A program made the translations under genes and the position numbers. The notes below the pieces were generated by a model. It saw only the letters and a program-made list of their open reading frames with translations, was not told the DNA's origin and made no database searches. From Phyllobates terribilis (Eukaryota), in assembly GCF_046119375.1 (NCBI RefSeq), contig NW_027362767.1:368342001-368406000 (forward strand): a stretch of 64,000 nucleotides of DNA, in the 5' to 3' direction. Positions 24,086 through 37,730 of this stretch are shown piece by piece. Each line of letters begins with the position of its first letter. Positions within the stretch are counted from its first letter, which is position 1.

Positions 24086-27000
24086 TAGTGATGGGCGAGC
24101 ACTAAAATTCTCGGGTGCTCATTGATCGGGTCGAGCACATTGGAATACTCGGGTGCTCGACCCGAGCAACGAGTCCAATGTAAGTCTATGGAAAACTCGA
24201 GCATTTTTCAGGTGGCTCCCCCCGGCGGTCTGCAGAGGGCCTAAAAATTGCCCAAATCGATGGGAACAGTGCTCGTATGGCATGGGAACAGCATGGTGAA
24301 GACCCCTGGAAGCATTTATGACTCCCAGGTCACTGCTGTCAACAACGTTGTCAGAGTATTACGCCACTTTTACTGACTAACAATAAAACATACTAAAACT
24401 AAAAAAAAAAATGGATTTTCCTGGGAAATATGTTAAAGAACATCCTTTCCAGGGTAATGACTTGTATATAAGGCAAAATAAATAACCCAAAACAAAAATA
24501 CTCCTCCACACCATAGGCTATGTTCACACGTAGCGTTTTTGATGCGTTTTCGCACTTTTGTATTGCTTTCCACTGTGACAAATGCATTCACTGGGAAATG
24601 TCATTTTAACATTTTACAACCTTATCTGGCCATGTGGTGTGTGACACATCACCAGATACATCCTGTTTCATTTATGAAGGAGGGACTCTGAAAGTCACAA
24701 AGCCTATTTTTATGGGGCCATCAGTTGGCCCTCACTATTCTTAGAGAGCCATCAGTCGGCTATGCTTTGTTGTTCCCATTATTAAAGAGTGGGACTCCTA
24801 TACTGTTATTGTGTATGCAGTGAGTGGCAGGGCTGCCCAAAACTTGGACACACCCCAATACCCCTTTGGAAATTTGGATGCAACCCAATACCCCCTTGAA
24901 GAGACTTAGAGGAGGGCCTCCTGAAAACAATGTTCCCATTATTAAGAAGTGGGTCTCCCATAGTAATGGCCTATGCAGTGAATGCAAGGGCTGCCAAAAA
25001 TTGGGAGGCACTCCAATGCCCCTTGGTAGAGACGTATAGGGGCTCATGAAAGAATGTTCCCTTTATTGGGAAATGAGTCTCCCATAGTGTTGGCGTATGC
25101 AGTGAGTGCAAGGGCTACCAAAAATTGGGAGGCACTCCAATGCCCCTTGGAAGAGTGGTGGAGGAGGGCCTTATAAATTTTTTTTCCATTAGAAAGAAGT
25201 CTCCTATACTTGTAATGTCCATGCACTAAGTGTATGGGCTGACAAACATTTACCCCTGGGGAGTATACATGAACATACTGTATAAAATGTTTATTTTACG
25301 GGCATCATAAACACCCTTTGAAAAAATTATGTGGGTGTTGCACCACGGATCACCGTCACCCTGGTGATATGGTGGTGGAGGATGAGGAGAAGGAGGAAGA
25401 CAAGAGCAAATAGCCAAAATCAGGAAGCGTATACCCATGTGTGGGTGTGAAAAGGTGCATGGGAATACACCTCCCAAAAAAGACACTGGATTGGAGTTTG
25501 CTACGTTGCTATCATTCGGTGGTGTTGAGAAGTCTGGCCCAATCCAGCCCTTGTTCATTTTTATAAGAGTTAGCCTGTCAGCATTTTCAGTTGACAGGCG
25601 GATGCGCTTATCAGTTATAATTCCACCAGCGGCACTAAAAACCTGCTCTGATAAAACGCTAGCGGCAGGGCAGGCCAGGACCTCCAAGGCGTAGCGAGCC
25701 AGTTCATTCCACGTATCCAGCTTGGATACCCAATAATTATAAGGCACAGAGGAATCACGGAGGATATTGGTACGGTTGGCAAGGTACTCCCTCAGCATCT
25801 TCCCAAACTTTGCACTCCTTGTGAGAGTATCACGCGCCTCAGGGCCTGTGCGATGGGAGGGGCTGAGAAAATTCTCTCAGAACTTTGACAGTGTTCCCCT
25901 GCCTCTGCTAGATTGGAGTTGTGTCTCTCTCACCTGTAGTCCTTGGTTGTCCAATGAACTGTGACCTCTGCCGCCAGAGTTTTCTGATGGGAAATTTTTT
26001 AATAGTTCCGCAACAAGGGCCTTCTGGTACTGCCCCATTTTTGTAGACCTGTCCGCCTCAGGAATAAGAGATATAAAGTTCTCCTTATAGCGTGGGTCTT
26101 GAAGAGTCACCAAGCAGTAACGACCGTCACCCAAAATTTTGAGAATGCGAGGGTCATGGGAAAGGCAGCGTAACATAAACTCAGCCATGCGTGCCAGACT
26201 GCTAACAGGCAAGACTTCCGTGTCCTCACCAAGATGACGACTGACCATGCTCTGCTCCTCCTCCTCTCTGTCCTCAGTCCATCCACGCTAAACAGACGGT
26301 ATGGCAGTTGTGCAGGTAGTACCGTCTATAGTGCATGAAACTAGCTCCTGTTCTTCCTCCTCCTCCTCTTCCTCATTGTCACCGAATCCACATTGGGATG
26401 AGATGAGGCTGGGCTGTGTGTAATCACCCTGTATGGTTCCTTGCTCCATCTCATCGTGCTCCTCCTGTAATGCATTGCCTCTCCCCATCTTGGTGAAGTC
26501 CTCAAAGGTTTTGAGGATGGTACATATGTCTGACATCCATGTCCACTCCTGAGGTCTTATATGTGGTATCTGAACTTAATACCGATGGCCTTGTTGATGC
26601 TGCTACACAACAACTGCCCTCTTCTGCTCACAAATCCTTCTCAACATCTGAAGTGTAGAGTTCCAACACGTGGGGACATCACACACCAGTCTGTGAGCCG
26701 GAAGCTGCAAACGCTGCTGAAACACGGCAAAGGCGGCTGAAGATGAAGGTGACTTTCTAAAATGGGCACACAGGTGGCGTACTTTAACAAGCAGATCCGG
26801 CAGCTCCGGGTAGGATTTGAGAAACCGCTGAACCACGAGGTTAAGCACATGGGCCAGGCATGGTACGTGTGTGAGCTCGCCTCGCCTCAGAGCCGCTACC
26901 AGGTTCCGGCCATTGTCACACATGACCATGCCTGGCTGTAGGTTCAGTGGTGTCAGCCACAGATCTGCCTGCTCTTTCAGAGCTGTCCACAACTCTTCAG

Positions 27001-29606
27001 CATTGTGCGGTTTGTCACCTAAGCATATTAGCTTCAGCACCGCCTGTTGCCGCTTGGCTGAGGCAGTGCTGCAGTGCTTCCAGCTTGTGACTGATGTGGT
27101 CATTTTGGAGATGGAGGCTGAAGAGGAGGCTGAGTAGGGTGAGGTGCAGGAGCTGTAGACTGTGGGGGCAACCCTGATTGCCCTAGGGCCCGCAATCCTT
27201 GGGGTCGGGAGGACGTGTTCCGTCCCAAGGTCCTACTGGGTCCCGGCTTCCACTATGTTAACCCAATGTGCCATCAGTGAGATGTAAAGTCCCTGCCCAC
27301 AAGCACTTGTCCGTGGTTAGGTGGACTTTCCCGGTAACTGCATTGTTGAGAGCACGGCTAATGTTTTGGGACACATGCTTGTGTAATGCGGGGATGGCAC
27401 ACTGGGAGAAATAGTGGCGGCTGGGGACTGAGTACCGAGGGATGGCCACCCCCATCAGGTTGCGGAATGCTTCCGTCTCCACGAGCCTAAAAGGCAACAT
27501 TTCGAGCGCAAGCAGTCGCGAAATGTGTGAATTTAGTACTGTGGCCTGTGGGGCGTTGGCTGCGTATTTGCGCTTGCGTTCCAAGGACTGGGGTATGGAC
27601 AACTGAACACTGCGCTGGGACAAGGACTTGGACGTGCTTCCTGATGCTGCTACTTGAGAGTGTGTAACGACAGGTGCAGGGCAGGAGGCATCTTCGCATG
27701 CACTATGGATAGGGGATTGGCTTGCATGCACAACAGCGGAAGAAGCAGTGGTGCCACCCATAGATACTGTTCCTGGACCCTGAGGTTCGGCCCACAAAGT
27801 CGGGTGCTTTGCTGCCATGTGCCTGACCATACTGGTGGTGGTCAGGCTGGTAGTTTTGCCACCCCTGCTGATGCTGGCCTGGCAGGTGGTGCAAATGGCC
27901 TTTTTGGGGTTACCGGCACAGTCTTTAAAAAACAACCAGACTCGGTAAGCCCTAACAGTTGTTCAGCAACTTCCTTCGTGTTGGTGTTACGGGGAACAGT
28001 TGCCTGCATTCTGTCTGTGGCCACCACACTGCTTTTTCATGCCTGTTGATGTGCTCTGCCTCTCTCCCCCTGTGTGCTGCTGTCCTCGCTTTGCATGTCC
28101 TCCTGCCAGGTTGGGTCAGTTAGTATATCATCCACCACCTCGTCTTCCACTTCCGCACCCTTGTCCTCCTCCTGACTTTCTGGCAATTGTGCCTCATCAT
28201 CGTCCACCTCTTGTGACACTTTCCCACCGTCGCTTTCGCGTGTGACCGTTGCTACATGCAATCTCCTCTTGCCCCGCTTCAAGTGAACAGGGCGAGAGGC
28301 CCGAATCTATAAATGGAAAAGTGAACACCTCTTCGGAGTGTCCAAGTGTGGGATCAGTTGTCTCCAGGCACTCGGCATGGTAGGAGGAAGGAGGTTCAGG
28401 GTGAGGAATATGCGGTCCAGACTCATGGCTACTGAGACTTGACCGTGTGGAAGACAGGGTGGTGGTGGTGGCTAAGTGACTGGAAGCATTATCTGCTATC
28501 CAAGCAATAACCTTTTCACATTGCTCTGTTTTCAATAGTGGTGTTCTGCGGTCCCCTATTAATTGGAACAGGAAGGGCGAGCGAGAAGATGTGGGTGTTT
28601 GTTGTGGCACAATTTCAGCTTGCCCATGGCCTCGGCCTCTGCATGCACCATCACCATCACGTCCAGTTCCCAGTCCCTTGCCATGTGCCTTGCCCATTTT
28701 AAATAGAGGACAATATCTTCCACGCTCACTACAAATGGCTGAATTTGGAGCGAACTTACATGTGATCCGTGTGACGGGCAAACCACAGTTTTAAATACCT
28801 GGCCTGTAGGTAACTATTTTGAACAGCAAATCGGTGTCAAAAACTTCGCTGACACACTGAAACAAATTTTTAATGGAGGCCAGAAATGGCAGTATTTTCT
28901 GAAAATGTATATATGATCCATGTGATGGAGAAACCATAGTTTTAAATAGCTGTATTTTTAGCGCTGTAATATGGAAAGAACCTGGCTGTATTCTGCACTG
29001 CCAACAAGCAAATGGCACAGAAAAACGGTGTTCTCTGGATTTCTTTTTAAGCAAATAATGAGGATTAAGATCCCCCAAAAAATTATTCCTGTCCCCTGAG
29101 ACCTGGGCCTATGTCAGCAGCAGCAGACAGAACTAGAATGGAGCCTCTTGCTATATGCACTGCAGTCTGCTATGTACACTGCCTGCCTGATATCTCTGCA
29201 GATGGATTAGTCCTCAGAAGGACTGTTTGTTGAGATGGATATGTGTAATATGCTTCTGTTCTACCTACACTACCTAATAAACAAGCAAATCTCTCCCTAG
29301 CTCAGCAGCACCTCTCCCTACACTGTCTGATTGTGGAGTAGACTGACGAGCACGGCGGCACCAGGTCTGATATAGGCCTGATGATGCTGTGCGGCCGGCC
29401 AATCACTGTAATGCCACAACCAACATGGCTGCGGAATTACAGTGAGTTACATGTTCATTGGCTCTGTAAAGAGCACCAAACGTGCAGGGAGGGGACCCGA
29501 GCATCCGCCCGAGCATCTCACAAGTACTTGGCGAGCTCCGAGCATCTCGAGTACTGAGATGCTCGGGCGAGTACCGAGTACTTGCGAGTATGCTCGCTTA
29601 TCACTA
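24086..29606 (-). mobile_element. Full-length hAT DNA transposon (5.5 kb), transposase decayed
   Basis: TIRs TAGTGATGGGCGAGCA / TGCTCGCTTATCACTA and a perfect 8-bp TSD GTAATTAT (24078-24085 / 29607-29614). Confidence 0.95.
25370..28700 (-). pseudogene. hAT transposase (BED finger, DDE core, C-terminal dimerisation domain), frameshifted
   Basis: Motifs AICTTCQASISRG...MVRHMAAKHP, HLTTD, CLAHVLNLVVQ, CDVPTCWNST and LACPAASVLSEQVFSAAG. Confidence 0.92.
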
Positions 29607-31629
29607 GTAATTATTACAAAGATGTTCTTGTTCTTTCTGTGAATATGTACTAGTTCCAGTGCTCCAACTGCTACTGAACTATTTATTGTCTTGGAATATG
29701 GTCAATTCTATTTAGGACTTGAATTTCCTCTCCTCCATTTTTGTTGGTTTAATCATTGAAGAATCTCCATTTCCATTACCGAATGTTTGAAAATTGATCA
29801 AGAATTTTTTGCTTGCCTAAACGATTTGATGCACAATGAACGAGCGTTTTTGGGCACATCCCTCAGTTGCTCAAACTATTCACATTACATCATTCTGACA
29901 GATTATCGACCAGTATAAATTAGCCTTCATAGATCTCTGTGGTGTGGGCTTTTTTGTCAGTATGTGACATGCTCTCAATTAAGGGACACTTTCTCTGTGC
30001 AGTCTATTGGTGTCCCTTGGTCAAAGAGTTTACAGCAAAAAGGAAAACTGCACCACAAAACCACAGTAGTTTTTATGCAGTTTTGCGTATAGCATTATAC
30101 GTTTATCTGTGTGCAAATAAAATACTAAACATGCCTTCCTCCAATTGCCTCAGTACCTGATTCTATTAATGATTGGACACCAATCTCCAAAGTCATAGGA
30201 ATAATTAGGAATTATTTTAAAACACCTAAATCATCAAACCAGGGTCAGGTGAGCATTTATTGTTGAAGAAGATTATCCCTTGTCATTATGGTGGTATTCT
30301 GGATGTTAAGGGTTATTATTACCAATTTTTACCATTTCACTATCTCTCATTCATGGAAGGTAAGGCGGTCTCCCTTCTCCAGGATCTTATTAAAGTAATT
30401 TGGATGTCCACTGTTATAGATATAATTGTAAGATCTATAAAGTTCTCATATAAACATATAAGCATGGATTACATGGAGCTAAATGTAGCTCTATGACCTC
30501 CAGATGATCCTTAACTGTAGCTGGGACCATATAACTCCCCTTCCTGCAAAAAGATAATTAAAGTTGGTCATCTGATAGATCACAGACATGAATTCCATCT
30601 TCCTCAGCTTGCAGAAGAATGGGGGAGGTGACAGATTTATGGCCGGTGAAGATAACCTATCACCTCTAGCCTCAGCTTGAACAGAAAGGTAAGCAGAATA
30701 CTTCTAGCTCTTTTGTTTTTTTTCCAGTTATAAATGTTGTTCTTTTTATGAAAAGAAAGGGTCCTACAGTTATGAAAGACATATTTTTGACTTCCTGATA
30801 AAGTTGCACCTCCAATCTAATATCGGGCAGATGGATGATGCTATCCATGCTATGTTTGTTTTCTAAAGAAATGTAAAATTGTGATAGTAAACATCACAGT
30901 AATATCTCTCTTCTGGGACCTCCAAAGATAAAGATATTGTGGAAGTTGAGGTTCCCATAATTTTTTAAAAGGCATAGCCACAGCCCATGACCATCCCTGT
31001 TATTAGTCACCGGAAGGGAGGTAGGGCGTGACTTGTTTTAATAAAAACAAATGGCAAACTATAATCAGTGCCAGTCATGAAAGATACAGTGCACTGTGAT
31101 TCTATCCATTGCACTAAGGAGTGGTGCCCTCTGCTAAGCTCTGAACTAATTCTGTAACACAGGTTTAATAATTTTTTTCTGTTCATCCTTTTTATTGTAT
31201 GTAATTGTTTATATTGTATTATTTTGTTCTTTTTGTAACATCTTGTATATTTTTATAAACACTGCCTTGTTTTCAGATTAAATTTATAAAATTTAATAGC
31301 TCCATTCCTTTTACTCTATAAATTGCACCCCTGAAGCAATACGCTATCTTTATTTGGTGTCCAATCAGCCTGTATAAATGATTGATGGTGGCAGCTAGCT
31401 CCTTTTGTTATTGTGGAATTTGGCATTGACTGTACCGGGGTTTATATATGTCTATATATACATATATACTCTATGCATTGGAATGTGTATATACTATATG
31501 CTCACTGTGAGTTCCTCAATAACTGACCTAATAGTGAAAACAGCCGGGGCTTTGTCCATCACTCGTCAGTCAACTGCGTAATTGTCCTAATGTTTGTAGG
31601 CAGCTGACTGTTTTTCCTTGATAAATTGG

Positions 31630-31644
31630 TGGCAGCGGTGGGAT
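31630..31644 (+). other. Orphan tRNA-Leu PBS-like site, probably a relic LTR-element junction
   Basis: TGGCAGCGGTGGGAT is a 15-nt complement of the tRNA-Leu 3' end. No partner LTR or ORF was found. Confidence 0.4.
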
Positions 31645-32715
31645 CTGCGTGATCTCTCGGCTGTTATCCTTGACATCCACTTGTGTCCTAGGGAGGGTGC
31701 TTTGCCAGTTTCTCCATGAGGTGTACCAGCTCAATGATTTCATATTATCTGACTTCTGCTCTGGTCCATTTTAGCAACTGTTCTGCTCCTGATAAATCTA
31801 GTGCCATGCTATGAGTGTTGTTTTGCCACATTCTACATCAAAGTAAACTATAAGTTACCGGGGTATCCTGATGTTGCCTGTTCATTTTCTTGAGCTTCAT
31901 ATTATCAACCCATTGACGAAGACTCTATAAACCACTAAATTGTATTTAAAACGTGACTTCTATACAATTTATGAAACCTATAAATATGATGTATGACACA
32001 AATTAATGTAGAGAATTATTTTATTTAAATTAAAACAAATTAATAAACAACAATAAAAAATATAGGGGACAAGAAACCAAGTGGAAAAATGCGGAGAAAG
32101 TGGGAAAATACAATCAGATAGCAGCATAAATAATTACATAAAAGATGACAAGTATATCAAGTAAAAATGCTGAATTAAATATCCAATAAATGAAAGGTCA
32201 GTGTAAATAGAATTGGTTCCGGTAAAAATGAAAACTAAATGCAATATGTACAAAATCTCATGATAAATATATCCACTAGTGTGGTTAAAAAAAGTGACAG
32301 TGCAAAGTATAAAAATAAATATATACCATCAATTATATTATATATACTACAATGTATTGTGTAGAGAGGATGCAAAGTATTAAATATAACTAGTAATAGG
32401 GCAAAAAAGTGACAGAGCAGTATATGGAAACATAGGTAGATATACACTATATACACTATATACTCCAAGAGATGTAAACTAAAAAAATGACAGTGCAGCG
32501 TATATTGACATAGATAGCTGGTACAGAGACATATTGCACATAGAGAAGATGTCAAGTAAGGGAACCAACAGATGAAGTCATTAAATAAAGTGCTAATTCA
32601 TAGAATAAAGAACAACTGACCAATGTAGGTAAATCCCACTCACCAACCGCCACTTCCAACGTGCGTTTCGTCTGGGCTTTGACAGGTGACAAAGCCCAGG
32701 CGAAAGTCCTGGTAG

Positions 32716-33312
32716 TGTGAAAGTTTCACCAATTTAAGATACACTAGATAACTGCTCTCCTCCAAATTAAAGATGTCCGAATGCATGCAAAGAAGCTAAT
32801 TAACCAAATCTACTAATCTGGTTGAAAAACTTCACTCAGAGACTGAACCACGCAAATGGCATACTTTATTATGTAGACATGGGGTTATATAGTATTCTCC
32901 TTCTAGGTGGGATTAGTAAAATGTATTGCTCTTTTCTGATAACTCGGCACACTGTAATTTGTTCATTTATGTATCTCCTGGCCTTAGTAACGCCTTAGGA
33001 ATTCCTATGGGAGGGGGTGAGTTCGTCTCTCAGCGCCATCTTTGCCAACTTGACATGAATCTCTCTGTTATCAGCCATGCACATGCATACGTCATTCCCA
33101 GGAAATCATTTAGTTGTTTATGTCTACAAATAAGAACAGAAGCTGTTAGTTATATATTTATTAACTATTAATATAATTCATGTGCATATACACATTTGCA
33201 TACATACATACACATAGATTATTCCACCATCTCTATATTGATTCACACTTATTAGGTAATCTGTTAAAAGAAACTAATTGATTTTCTATAATATATATAT
33301 TTTACCTTGACA
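32716..33312 (-). repeat. ERV 3' LTR
   Basis: Matches 45685-46277. Purine-rich tract (minus strand ...TTTTAGGGGGGTC) adjoins at 33313. Confidence 0.95.
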
Positions 33313-34826
33313 GACCCCCCTAAAATCAATTATTTCCTTTTAACCCCTTAATAACATCTGACGTACTAATACGCGTCTGTGCCCTGGGACTTAAGAGCCA
33401 GACCCATATTAGTACGTCATCGCGATCGCGCGCGCACACAGGCTGTGCGGGCGCGATCGCCGCCGGGTGTCAGCTGATTGTCACAGCTGACACCCGGTAC
33501 TATGTGCAGGGAGCGGTCCTGCACCGCTCCCAGCACATTAACCCCCGCGATGCTGCGATTGAAGTCGATCGAAGTCGATCGCGGCATTGCGGGGGCAAGG
33601 GGAGGTGATCGGCGATACTCACCTCCTCTTCCGGCTTCCAGCGCAGTCTGCAAAGGCTTCCCGGGTGTTGCCATGACGACCCGATGTCGTCATGACAACA
33701 TCCGGGTCACCAGAGAGCAGGAAGATTGCTTGGACATGCGCAGTTCATCTCCAAGCAATCTTCACACTGTGCACTTCTGACAGCCTTCATGGCATAGGGA
33801 TGGTGCTCCATTCCTGTGCCATGCAGGCGATCAGAAAAAAAAAGGTGAAAGTCCCAGAGTGGGACAAAGTAATAAAGTGTATAAACTGTGTGAAAGTGGG
33901 GAAAAAAAAAAAAAAATGTGCAAAAATATTATAAAAAAATAAAAAAAATAATACACCAAAAATAAAAATATAATGTACCCATCAATAAATATTATTATAA
34001 AAAAAATAAAAAAAAAACAATAAAAGTACACATATTTGGTATCGCCGCGTCCGGAACAATCTGACCTATAAAACTGTCCCACTAGTTAACCCCTTCAGTG
34101 AATACGGTAAAAAAAAAAAAAAAAAAAACGAAGCAAAAAACAATGCTTTATCACCATACCGCCAAACAAAAAGTGGAATAACACGCGATGAAAAAGACGC
34201 ATATAAATAAAAATGATACCGCTGAAAACGTCATCTCGTCCCGCAAAAAACAAGCTGCCATACAGCTCCATCAGCCGAAAAATAAAAAAGTTATAGCTCT
34301 CAGAATAAAGCGATACTTAAAAATATTTTTTTCTATAAAATAGCTTTTATTGTGTATAAGCGCCAAAACATAGTAAAATGATACAAATGTGGTACCGCTG
34401 TAAACGTACTGACCCGAAGAATAAAGCTACCTCATCAATTTTACCACACGCGGAACAGAATAAAAAAAAAAAAAAAAAAACAATTCCTGAATTGTTGTTT
34501 TTTGTTTATTCTGCCTCCCAAAAATCGGAATAGAAAGCGATCAAAAAATGTCACGTGCCTGAAAATGGCACCAATAACAACGTCAAGTCATCCCGCAAAA
34601 AACGAGCCGTCACATGACTGTCTGCCAAAATCTGGAAAAATTATAGCTCTCAAAATATGGCGATGCAAAAACTAGATTTTACAAAAAATGCGTCTTTTAG
34701 TGTGTGACAGCTGTCAGTCATAAAAACCCCATATGATTCTGGCATTGCTGTAATCACACCGACCCGAAGAATAAAGTCGTCTAATCAATTATACCGCACA
34801 AGGAACGGCGTCAAAAATAAACTCTT

Positions 34827-34939
34827 GGGTTAGGATTGGGCTAGGGTTAGGGCTGGGTTTGGGGCTAGGGTTAGGGCTGGGTTTGGGGCTAGGGTTGTGC
34901 TGGGGCTAGGGTTGTGCTAGGGTTAGGGCTGGGGTTGGG
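34827..34939 (+). repeat. Telomere-like G-rich repeat (GGGTTA/GGGCTA/GGGCT variants)
   Basis: Directly visible GGGTTAGGGCTGGGTTTGGGGCTAGGGTTAGGG... Confidence 0.85.
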
Positions 34940-34981
34940 ATTTTTTTCAAAAGTAAGAAAAAAAGATGACGATATGGCGAC

Positions 34982-35281
34982 TAGTGTTGAGAGCAAGTGC
35001 TCGCTACTTGAGTTTGCATCGGGTGCTCTGGTATGCATTGAGTATCGTGGGTATTTGAGTGACATGCTCGAGTCTCTGCCCCATATGCTTCGCGGCCAAA
35101 AAACTTTACGGGGATTGCCTGCCATGCACGAGCGATACCCGCATGTTTTTTTTTGGGTGTCTAATAACCGTGAAACATGCGGAGCAGGGACTCGAGCATG
35201 TCACTCGAGCACACGCTGTACATGGTGCATACCTGAGTACCCGATGCAAACTCAAGTAGCGAGCACTTGCGCTCAAGAATA
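34982..35281. mobile_element. 300-bp hAT MITE nested in the TTAA element
   Basis: ~47-bp TIRs starting TAGTGTTGAG. Decayed 8-bp TSD ATGGCGAC / ATGACAAC. Confidence 0.85.
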
Positions 35282-35369
35282 ATGACAACTTATTCAATAT
35301 GATGACCTAATGTAAACAAATAATGTGCCGTACCTCTGGGTTCAAAATGTTCACTATACACCTTAATAA

Positions 35370-37730
35370 AATCCTTGAGGGGTATAGTTTCCAAAATGGG
35401 GACACTTGTGGGGGAGCTCCACTGTTTAGGCACATCACGGGCTCTCCAAACGCGACATGGTGTCCGCTAACAAATTGAATGGAAAATCGGCTCAAATTGT
35501 TAGCGGACGCCATGTTGCGTTTGGAGAGCCCCTGTGTGCCCAAACATTGGAGCTTCCCCACAAGTGACCCCATTTTGGAAACTAGACCCCCCAAGGCACC
35601 TATCTAGATGCATAGTGAGCACTTGGAACCCCAAGGTGCTTCACAAATTGATTCGTAAAAATGAAAAAGTGAAAAAAAAAAACACTTTTTCATTTTTATG
35701 AATCAATTTGTGAAGCACCTGGGGTTCCAAGTGCTCACTATGAATCTAGATAGGTGCCTTGGGGGGTCTAGTTTCCAAAATGGGGTCACTTGTGGGGGAG
35801 CTCCAATGTTTGGGCACACAGGGACTCTCTAAATGCAACATGGTATCCGCTAACAAATTGAATGGAAAATCGGCTCAAATTGTTAGCGGACACCACATTG
35901 CGTTTGGAGAGCCCCTCTGTGCCCAAACTTTGGAGCTCCCCCACAAGTGACCCCATTTTGGAAACTAGACCCCCTAAGGCACCTTTCTAGATGCATAGTG
36001 AGCACTTGGAACCCCCAGGTGCTTCACAAATTGATTCGTAAAAATGAAAAAGTGAAAAAAAAAACACTTTTTCATTTTTATGAATCAATTTGTGAAGCAC
36101 CTGGGGTTCCAAGTGCTCACTATGAATCTAGATAGGTGCCTTGGGGGGTCTAGTTTCCAAAATGGGGTCACTTGTGGGGGAGCTCCAATGTTTGGGCACA
36201 CAGGGACTCTCCAAATGCAACATGATATCCGCTAACAAATTGTCGGCTCAAATTGTTAGCGGATATCATGTTGCATTTGGAGAGTCCCTGTGTGCCCAAA
36301 CATTGGAGCTCCCCCAAAAGTGACCCCATTTTGGAAACTAGACCCCCAAGGCACCTATCTAGATGCATAGTGAGCACTTGGAACCCCAGGTGCTTCACAA
36401 ATTGATTCCTAAAAATGAAAAAGTGTTTTTTTTTTCACTTTTTCATTATTACGAATCAATTTGTGAAGCACCTGGGGGTTCCAAGTGCTCACTATGCATC
36501 TAGAAAGGTGCCTTGGGGGGTCTAGTTTCCAAAATGGGGTCACTTGTGGGGGAGCTCCAAAGTTTGGGCACAGAGGGGCTCTCCAAACGCAATGTGGTGT
36601 CCGCTAACAATTTGAGCCGATTTTCCATTCAATTTGTTAGCGGATACCATGTTGCATTTAGAGAGTCCCTGTGTGCCCAAACATTGGAGCTCCCCCACAA
36701 GTGATCCCATTTTGGAAACTAGACCCCCCAAGGCACCTATCCAGATGCATAGTGAGCAGTTGGAACCCCCAGGTGCTTCAAAAATTGATTCATAAAAATG
36801 AAAAAGTGTTTTTTTTTCACTTTTTCATTGTTACGAATCAATTTGTGAAGCACCTGGGGGTTCCAAGTGCTCACTATGCATCTAGATAGGTGCCTTGGGG
36901 GGTCTAGTTTCCAAAATGGGGTCACTTGTGGGGGAGCTCCAATGTTTGGGCACACAGCGGCTCTCCAAACGCAACATGGTGTCGCTAACAATTTGAGCCA
37001 ATTTTGCGTTAAATTTGTTAGCGGACACCATGTTGCATTTAGAGAGCCGCTGTGTGCCCAAATATTGGAGCTCCCCCACAAGTGACCCCATTTTGGAAAC
37101 TAGACCACCCAAGGCACCTATCTAGGTGCATAGTGAGCACTTGGAACCCTCAGGTGCTTCACAAATTGATTCATAAAAATGAAAAAGTGTTTTTTTTTTC
37201 ACTTTTTCATTGTTACGAATCAATTTGTGAAGCACCTGGGGGTTCCAAGTGCTCACTATGCATCTAGATAGGTGCCTTGGGGGGTCTAGTTTCCAAAATG
37301 GGGTCACTTGTGGGGGAGCTCCAATGTTTGGGCACACAGGGACTCTCTAAATGCAACATGGTGTCCTCTAACAAATTTAACGGAAAATCGGCTCAAATTG
37401 TTAGCGACACCATGTTGCGTTTGGAGAGACGCTGTGTGCCCAAACATTGGAGCTCCCCCACAAGTGACCCCATTTTGGAAACTAGACCCCCCAAGGCACC
37501 TATCTAGATGCATTGTGACCACTTGGAACCCTCAGGTGCTTCACAAATTGATTCATAAAAATGAAAAAGTGTTTTTTTTTTTCACTTTTTCATTGTTACG
37601 AATCAATTTGTGAAGCACCTGGGGGTTCCAAGTGCTCACTATGCATCTAGAAAGGTGCCTTGGGGGGTCTAGTTTCCAAAATGGGGTCACTTGTGGGGGA
37701 GCTCCAAAGTTTGGGCACACATGGGCTCTC
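35370..37730. repeat. Array of ~6 x ~382-bp units, each made of two inverted arms
   Basis: TTTCCAAAATGGGG recurs at 35388, 35772, 36154, 36526, 36908, 37290 and 37673. Its reverse complement occurs once between each pair. Confidence 0.92.
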
